From: Candidatus Zhuqueibacterota bacterium
GTDB lineage: Bacteria; Zhuqueibacterota; Zhuqueibacteria; Thermofontimicrobiales; Thermofontimicrobiaceae
Length of the DNA: 64,000 nt
NCBI GenBank assembly: GCA_049322915.1
Contig: JBMOPW010000011.1
Location: forward strand, 70,642 to 134,641
Direction of reading: 5' to 3'
Of the stretch, positions 57,870 through 64,000 are shown one piece after another (within the stretch, counting starts at the first letter, position 1; each line of letters begins with the position of its first letter). A program made the position numbers and the translations under genes. The notes under the pieces were generated by a model that did not search any database, had not been told where the DNA came from, and saw only the letters and a program-made list of their open reading frames with translations.

Positions 57870-58436
57870 ATGAACCAGGAACAACAGTTTAAAAATCATT
57901 ACATCAGAATGAGTCGGATGTATGTCAAAAACTACGTCCATCGGCTGAGGAAGCCGGACTCTCTTTCCATTCTTCCTGAGTTGAATATCTATAAAAATAT
58001 GAGAATACTCGATGTGGGTTGCCGGGATGGAAAATTGATTTCTACCCTGGCCTCGTTTTTAGAGAGTTCAGAATTTCACGGCCTCGATCTGGCTCAGGGC
58101 CAAATTCAAAAAAACCAGAGACGGAATAAACTGAAAAACCTTCAATTCCATTGCGCCCCGGCCGAGGAACTTCCGTTCGAAAACAACTATTTCGACATCA
58201 TCACCTGCACCAACGCGCTCCATCATTTCCCGCAGCGGGTGCGGGCGCTGGACCAGATGTACCGCGTGCTCAAACCGGGCGGCGAACTCTACATTCTTCA
58301 GGGGGTTCGCGATAAACAGTGGAAAGAGCGGTTCGAAAAAATATTACGGCAGTCCAAATTTATTATGCCGGAGAAAAAATATCTTCCCAAAACTGCATTG
58401 TTCTCTAAAAGTTTTTTTATTCATTATGTGAAGTGA
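57870..58436 (+). CDS. Class I SAM-dependent methyltransferase
   Basis: ILDVGCRDG, GLDL, AEELPFENNYFDII, ALHHF, RVLKPGG; ATG 57870 after GAGGGAG. Confidence 0.85.
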   Translation: MNQEQQFKNHYIRMSRMYVKNYVHRLRKPDSLSILPELNIYKNMRILDVGCRDGKLISTLASFLESSEFHGLDLAQGQIQKNQRRNKLKNLQFHCAPAEELPFENNYFDIITCTNALHHFPQRVRALDQMYRVLKPGGELYILQGVRDKQWKERFEKILRQSKFIMPEKKYLPKTALFSKSFFIHYVK

Positions 58437-58465
58437 TCGGTTCAGAACGATTTCATGGAGCACGA

Positions 58466-58813
58466 ATGATTCATTTATTAACCACTCCAGCCACATCAAA
58501 TCAGATTCAAGAAATGTTGGAAGTGTACGTCAATATGATAAAAATCGTTGTGGATATTCGTCGCAACGTTCTTGCTGGAGGTGGAATAATGAATGCTGAT
58601 TGTGAGAACCTTCTTCTCAGCAAAGGTAGCGAACAAAATGACCTTTGGGGTGCTAACTGGTATCCTGATAAAAATCATATCGTATTCGAAGCCCTGATAA
58701 ACATCCGTCCGCGTCTTGGCAATTTTGATATCATAATTCAGGATGATACAATTCGGCAAGAAGTATTTGAAATCTCAAAATCATTATTGGGAGGTTCTTC
58801 CATTGATCGATAA
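58466..58813 (+). CDS. DUF5674-like protein
   Basis: IK.VVDI....LAGGG...ADCE..LL..GS.Q..LWGANWYP......F..LINIRP pattern recognised from memory. Confidence 0.72.
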   Translation: MIHLLTTPATSNQIQEMLEVYVNMIKIVVDIRRNVLAGGGIMNADCENLLLSKGSEQNDLWGANWYPDKNHIVFEALINIRPRLGNFDIIIQDDTIRQEVFEISKSLLGGSSIDR

Positions 58814-59162
58814 AGAAACGTTAAAACAACGATTTTTAAGCGATCCGGTGCCCATTCGATTGGGCAATCTCGCGTCCACTTTGGGCAGAATTTCATCTAC
58901 TGCCCGAACATCCGGTTCCGTTAAAGCTGTCGCTGATTTATTGGATGAAGCCAAACATCTCATCGAATGGACTGCTGCTGAGACAGAGGCGCACACTGCC
59001 GCCGAACTGGTTCAAATTCAGCGACTGATTGTAATCTGGCAGTCAATCTGGGAGGATGCCGGGGATGACCGGCCTCATCGGACATTGCTGGCGACCCTGG
59101 CGAAAGACTGGTCCGAAAAAACACTGGACTATTCCGGCCTATTAAACCTGAATTATTCATAA
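58803..59162 (+). CDS. Hypothetical all-helical protein coupled to the DUF5674-like gene
   Basis: TTG 58803 after GGAGG, overlapping the upstream stop; 'RFL.DP.PIRLG.LA..L.RI.S...L.E.K..IEWTA' helical pattern. Confidence 0.72.
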   Translation: MIDKETLKQRFLSDPVPIRLGNLASTLGRISSTARTSGSVKAVADLLDEAKHLIEWTAAETEAHTAAELVQIQRLIVIWQSIWEDAGDDRPHRTLLATLAKDWSEKTLDYSGLLNLNYS

Positions 59163-59382
59163 CATTAGATAAAACTGTCGTTACGTTTTTTTCTTTCTAA
59201 TTGTTCAGTGGATATACAAAATTAAACTCAGTTTTATCTGCTTAATTGAAAATTATGTACCATTCAGGTTATCCCGCTTCCTTCAGAAAAACAATGAATA
59301 ATGCGGGTAAAGTAATTCTGATGCTTCAAATTTTCGACGCGTTTTTTATCTTGCAGAATACAGTGCAAACCCAAAGGCTAAT

Positions 59383-62300
59383 ATGAAAAAATTTCTAATC
59401 TTTATATCGATCCTGATTTCAATTCTCGATGTACAAATCAACATGTACGCCCAGCAACATCGCAGCGTGCTGGTTGTTTTCGAAACCACCGATTACGCTG
59501 CTTTATCAAAAATCCCTGAACTCCGCGTTTACTTCCATGACGAAGATTTCATTTTCGGAGAAGTGAATGATTCGGATATGGCCTCTTTGAAATCGTCCCG
59601 TGTGAAATTCAATATCATCGACGAAAACGGCTGGTCCGGCGATTATTTTCTCGTGCAGGAAAAAAAAATCGGAAATCGTATCGACGATCTGTCCGTTGGT
59701 AAAAGACTGTATCGGCGCCAGGACAAGGCCATCGTTAAAATCGATTTGTCCGAAGAAGCCGATTTAATCCATGCCGGGTTTCAGTTAGTTAAACTCACTT
59801 CGGTTGATAAACCACTGCCTGCCCCATCCGTTCCCGGCTTCGAATTTCCGGTAGACTTTGACCCGGTCATTCAGAAATACCTCGACCAGGTGTCCCAGGA
59901 TTCGATGCGCGCTTCCATTCAACGCTTGCAGGATTTTGTCACCCGCTACACCTATTCCGATTCAATTCTCCCGGCCGGGCAATGGATTTTCGATCAGTAC
60001 AAAAAATATGGCTACACCGATGTCAAATTCGATTCATTCTTTTATCACAACGAATACCACCGAAACGTGGTCGCCACCAAACCGGGACTCATTTACCCGG
60101 ACAGCGTGATCATGATTGGCGGGCACTACGACTCCATTATTCGCGGTGGAAGCGGCAATCCTTTCGACACTGCGCCTGGCGCTGAAGACAATGGCTCCGG
60201 CACTGTGTCCGCGCTCGAATCCGCCCGGATTTTAGCCGGGCACGATTTTGAAGCCACATTGAAATTTGTCGCCTGGGATGCCGAGGAAGTCGGACTGGTC
60301 GGCGCGTCAGCCTATGCCGATGAAGCGGCTGCCAAAAATGAACCGATCAGCATTTTCATCAATTTTGACATGATCGGATATCAGCATCCAGCCGATCCGC
60401 TGCGGGATTTTATCATTTACACCAATGAGCCGTCCCGTCCCTTTGCACAACTGTTAGCGGATATGGCCACGACGTACACGACCCTGTTGGCGATCATTCC
60501 CGGCAACAGCGGCGGGAGCGATCATGTGCCGTTCCAGCAGAATGGCTACCGCGCCATTTTCGGGTTCGAAGGCCAATACGATTTCAGCCACAATCCGAAT
60601 TATCACATGCCAACAGACCTGGTTCAGAACATGGATTTTGACTTTTATCAGGAGACTGTTCAGTCGGGTCTGGCGACTATCATTTACCTGGCCGGACCGG
60701 CAGAGGACCTGGACCTGGGACCCTATGTGAAACAGGACGATTTTGCAGTAGACGATGATGCGGCCGGAGCGAGCCGGGGCAATGGCAACGGATTCATCGA
60801 CGCTGGCGAAACCATTGAACTATTACTGACAGTGAAAAATTATGGCGACAGCACGGCGAACGGCGTCACTGTCCAGGTTGCCACCGCTGATCCACTGGTT
60901 GAAATTTTGAACAATTCCCAGACCTTTGGAAGCATTGAATCCCAGGGGACTTCGACCAGCGCCGACGGCTTCCTCCTTCAAATCGACGAAACCACTGAAT
61001 CGGGTCATTCCATCCGGTTGGATCTGGCAATCTCCGATTCGAAAGGCAATCACTGGAGCGATCGGATTAAGCTGGCAGTGACCATGCCCGATTTCATCAT
61101 TGCCCAGCAGACAGCCAGCCAGGTGCAGGGAAATGGCGATGACAAAATCGATCCGGGCGAAACCTTCAACCTGATGATCGATCTGGAAAATACCGGGCTG
61201 CGGGCGGGTCGCGATATTATCTCAATTCTGCGCTGCGAGGCGCCCACCGTCACCATTCTGGACAGCACGGCTGCCTTTTCGAACATCGCCACCGGCAGCC
61301 TGGGTTCCAACGCCGAGGATGCGTTGACCCTCAGTTTTTCAGAAAATACAGGGACAACCATTCTTCCTTTCATGCTGCTGGTAACAGAAGGCAGTGGCTA
61401 TTTTCAGAAATCCATTCAGTTCAACCTGGCTGTGGGACAGGGTAAAATTCTTCTCGTCGAAGATGATGGCGCCACAAATCTGGCGGGCTATTACAAAAAT
61501 ATTCTCGAGTCCCTGGGCATCCCATTCCGGCATTGGGAGACCGGTTCCGGGCCGATACCAGCGGACACGTTGGAGAAATTCAGCCGCGTGGTCTGGTACA
61601 CTGGACGCGAATTCTCGAACAGCCTGTACCGCTATGGCACCGGCGCATTGCAGCACTACCTGAATCAGGGCGGCCGCTTATTTTTGAACGGATCATTGCT
61701 GGCTTTCTCTCTGCGGGACAGTTCGTTTCTTTCAGATTACCTGTTTGCAAAGTACGTCAGTTTCAATACCGGACTGCATCATCTGGTGCCCCACGGCGCC
61801 ACAGAAATTCTTGGCGCAACCCACTTCTGGCTCTCCCGGGAAGGCGACAATAGTCAATCGCTGAAAGGTGAAATCGATCCGCTGCCGCCGGCCCAGCCGC
61901 TTCTGTTTTACGACACAGCCGGCATCGAAGGGTCGGGAAATATCCTCTCCAGCGGAACCGGCGCGTTGGCCGTGGACGGCAATCACTATCGGGCTGTGCT
62001 CTTCGCCTTCGGCTGGGAAGGTATCGCCAATGAGGACGTGCGGCAGTCTGTATTCATCAACGTGATGAACTGGCTCCAGGGCGATTTTGCCTCGGCGCCG
62101 TGGGAGAATGAAAATCCAGCGTCGCTTCCGGATAATTTCGATCTGAAGCAGAACTATCCCAATCCGTTCAACCCGGCCACGACCATCACATTCGATGTGC
62201 CGAGCGCCGGCAACATGAGCCTGAAAATTTTCAACCTGTTGGGCCAGGAAATTAAGACGCTTGTCGACGCTAAAATGCAGGCAGGTCGCCACACCATTTC

Positions 62301-62409
62301 CTGGGATGGAACCGATGCCCGGGGCAGAAACGTGAGCTGTGGCGTGTATCTCTATCAATTGCAGGCGGAGAATTATCAGAAAACGAGGAAGATGGTTTTG
62401 TTGTTTTGA
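59383..62409 (+). CDS. Secreted M28 aminopeptidase with Ig-like repeats and FlgD-Ig/T9SS-like C-terminal domain
   Basis: GGHYDS, GAEDNGSG, AEEVGLVG, NFDMIG, SDHVPF, YHMPTD; QNYPNPFNP...WDG. Confidence 0.9.
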   Translation: MKKFLIFISILISILDVQINMYAQQHRSVLVVFETTDYAALSKIPELRVYFHDEDFIFGEVNDSDMASLKSSRVKFNIIDENGWSGDYFLVQEKKIGNRIDDLSVGKRLYRRQDKAIVKIDLSEEADLIHAGFQLVKLTSVDKPLPAPSVPGFEFPVDFDPVIQKYLDQVSQDSMRASIQRLQDFVTRYTYSDSILPAGQWIFDQYKKYGYTDVKFDSFFYHNEYHRNVVATKPGLIYPDSVIMIGGHYDSIIRGGSGNPFDTAPGAEDNGSGTVSALESARILAGHDFEATLKFVAWDAEEVGLVGASAYADEAAAKNEPISIFINFDMIGYQHPADPLRDFIIYTNEPSRPFAQLLADMATTYTTLLAIIPGNSGGSDHVPFQQNGYRAIFGFEGQYDFSHNPNYHMPTDLVQNMDFDFYQETVQSGLATIIYLAGPAEDLDLGPYVKQDDFAVDDDAAGASRGNGNGFIDAGETIELLLTVKNYGDSTANGVTVQVATADPLVEILNNSQTFGSIESQGTSTSADGFLLQIDETTESGHSIRLDLAISDSKGNHWSDRIKLAVTMPDFIIAQQTASQVQGNGDDKIDPGETFNLMIDLENTGLRAGRDIISILRCEAPTVTILDSTAAFSNIATGSLGSNAEDALTLSFSENTGTTILPFMLLVTEGSGYFQKSIQFNLAVGQGKILLVEDDGATNLAGYYKNILESLGIPFRHWETGSGPIPADTLEKFSRVVWYTGREFSNSLYRYGTGALQHYLNQGGRLFLNGSLLAFSLRDSSFLSDYLFAKYVSFNTGLHHLVPHGATEILGATHFWLSREGDNSQSLKGEIDPLPPAQPLLFYDTAGIEGSGNILSSGTGALAVDGNHYRAVLFAFGWEGIANEDVRQSVFINVMNWLQGDFASAPWENENPASLPDNFDLKQNYPNPFNPATTITFDVPSAGNMSLKIFNLLGQEIKTLVDAKMQAGRHTISWDGTDARGRNVSCGVYLYQLQAENYQKTRKMVLLF

Positions 62410-62581
62410 ATCGAATTTCGTCACCCGCGGTATGATTCGATTTCATCGAAAGGTGACGGAACACCAGCCTTTCGATTTTCCGTGTGCATGATCATCAAAG
62501 ACCGACTGAAACGTGCTGACAGCACCTCTCGATTGGATGGCGCATGCATGGTTCAGACACTCTGAATTTCGAGGAATAGAA

Positions 62582-63700
62582 ATGAAAAGCAAACCCATCA
62601 TTTTTCCGGTGCATTTTTCTGCAACCTATAAATTCGATAAATCCGATGACATGATCGATGTCGTCCAGAATCACACCAAATATCTCTATTCCCGCTGGGA
62701 CAATCCATCTGTGTTTGAAGCGGAAAAAACCCTCGCCGCCATGGAAGGCTACGAGCATGCAGTGGCGTTCGGTTCCGGCATGGCGGCCATCACCACATCC
62801 GTGCTTTCGTTCATGAAACCGAACAGCCGCGTCGTGTCTCTGCGCGAAATTTACGGCGGCACGTTTCAGTTTCTATTCACCTATTTGCCGCGATTGGGCA
62901 TGGAAACAGTGGATGTAAGCATCGATACGCCGGAGCGGTTTTACGAGGAAATCGAAAAAGGGCTGACCATTCTCTACCTGGAAACGCCCACCAATCCCCT
63001 GCTGCGCATTATCGATATCAAGCCGCTGGCTGAAGCCGCGCACAGGCAGGGCGCCATTGTGATGCTGGATTCCACCTTTGCCTCCCCGGTCAATCAGCAT
63101 CCCATCGATTTTGGCGTGGATGTTGTTTTCCACAGCGCCACCAAATATCTTGGCGGGCATCACGACATCACCGGCGGTTTCGCCTGCTGCAACCAAGAAA
63201 TCTACGACCGAATCTGGGATTACCGCAAAGTGTACGGCGGCGTGATGGATCCCATGACCGCGTTTTTAGCCAATCGCGGCATGCAAACACTGGAGCTGCG
63301 CGTGCTTCGGCAAAATGAAAATGCCATGAAATTAGCCCAATTCCTCACCGACCATGATAAAATTAAAAAGGTCTACTACCCGGGACTGGCATTTCACCCG
63401 GACCATGAAACAGCCAAACGCCAGATGAAAGGCTTCGGCGGCATGCTCAGCTTCGAAGTTGATTCTGATTTTGACGGCACGAAAAAATTTATGGACAGCC
63501 TCAAGACCATTAAATTAGCGACCAGCCTCGGCGGGGTCACCAGTCTTGCCAACCAGCCGATCACCAACACCCACGCTGCCCTGAGCCCGGAAGAACGCGC
63601 CAAAGTGGGACTCAGCGAAAGCCTGGTGCGGCTGTCCGTGGGAATTGAAGATCCGAAAATATTGATGGAAGATATAAAGCAAGCTTTATTATTTGTTTAA
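62582..63700 (+). CDS. PLP-dependent trans-sulfuration enzyme (cystathionine gamma-lyase/synthase or methionine gamma-lyase family)
   Basis: YSR..NP, SGMAAIT, ETPTNP, DSTFASP, HSATKYLGGH.D, SLGGV.SL, RLSVGIE. Confidence 0.92.
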   Translation: MKSKPIIFPVHFSATYKFDKSDDMIDVVQNHTKYLYSRWDNPSVFEAEKTLAAMEGYEHAVAFGSGMAAITTSVLSFMKPNSRVVSLREIYGGTFQFLFTYLPRLGMETVDVSIDTPERFYEEIEKGLTILYLETPTNPLLRIIDIKPLAEAAHRQGAIVMLDSTFASPVNQHPIDFGVDVVFHSATKYLGGHHDITGGFACCNQEIYDRIWDYRKVYGGVMDPMTAFLANRGMQTLELRVLRQNENAMKLAQFLTDHDKIKKVYYPGLAFHPDHETAKRQMKGFGGMLSFEVDSDFDGTKKFMDSLKTIKLATSLGGVTSLANQPITNTHAALSPEERAKVGLSESLVRLSVGIEDPKILMEDIKQALLFV

Positions 63701-63740
63701 TTCTTTAGATAACTCAAAACTTTAAAAAGATGAGGCATCA

Positions 63741-64000
63741 ATGAAAAAACTCTTCATCCTGTTTTTCTTTTTACCTTCTCTTCTATTCGCTCAAATCCAA
63801 CTGCCTTTAGCCCAACAGACTCCCCCGGTCGGCACCTCGCACAGCGAGATGATGGACTTCGTCAAACAGCTTCAGCAGCAGCCTGAGGTGTTCGACATCG
63901 AATACCCGGGCGCGTCGAACCTGGGACGGGAGATTCCTGTTTTGTTCTATCCCCCCAAAAAATTGTGGAAGAACGAAAATCCCACTGTGATGGTCTTTGC
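63741..64000 (+). CDS. Secreted protein, probably M14 zinc carboxypeptidase (partial, runs off the window)
   Basis: Not in the ORF track. MKKLFILFFFLPSLLFA/Q...TSHSEMMDFVKQL...GASNLGREIP...PTVMVF resembles an M14 N-terminus; the Zn motif would lie beyond the window. Confidence 0.6.
   Translation, partial: MKKLFILFFFLPSLLFAQIQLPLAQQTPPVGTSHSEMMDFVKQLQQQPEVFDIEYPGASNLGREIPVLFYPPKKLWKNENPTVMVF

Noticed and set aside
1..64000. tRNA, rRNA, CRISPR arrays, IS elements
   Set aside because: None recognised by eye; GTTCGAA-like strings fall inside coding regions. tRNAscan-SE/Infernal would be decisive.

Overview
Gene-dense bacterial chromosomal window. I found no rRNA, tRNA, CRISPR array or recognisable mobile element. 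Three secreted enzymes end in 'QNYPNPFN...FlgD-Ig' sorting domains and many signal peptides are followed by Gln, which suggests an FCB-related lineage such as KSB1/Calditrichota (inference). Contents: a Zn/Mn ABC transporter; a cytoplasmic GH38 lacking its canonical nucleophile Asp, with a TIM-barrel enzyme and a HAD phosphatase; secreted M23, M28, M14 and GHL10 hydrolases; a SpoIVB/S55 peptidase with a beta-propeller partner; and housekeeping genes (aconitase, eukaryote-type citrate synthase, pta, nagB, GlmU-like, ACP, rnhB, yraN, nrnA, DRG-type GTPase). There are two signalling clusters: four soluble histidine kinases plus a sigma54 activator (20.8-31.5 kb), and a STAS/PP2C/REC partner-switching cluster with a His-less kinase remnant (48.1-53.6 kb). 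The best candidate for an undescribed system is a six-gene operon of unknown proteins at 12998-19025. It encodes a TonB/TolA-like membrane anchor, two short/long paralogue pairs of secreted helical proteins, and a sixth secreted protein. It is preceded by a sigma54-like -24/-12 element and three TGT-N11-ACA palindromes, and lies about 1.7 kb from the sigma54 activator gene. All assignments come from motif recognition by eye; no database searches were run.
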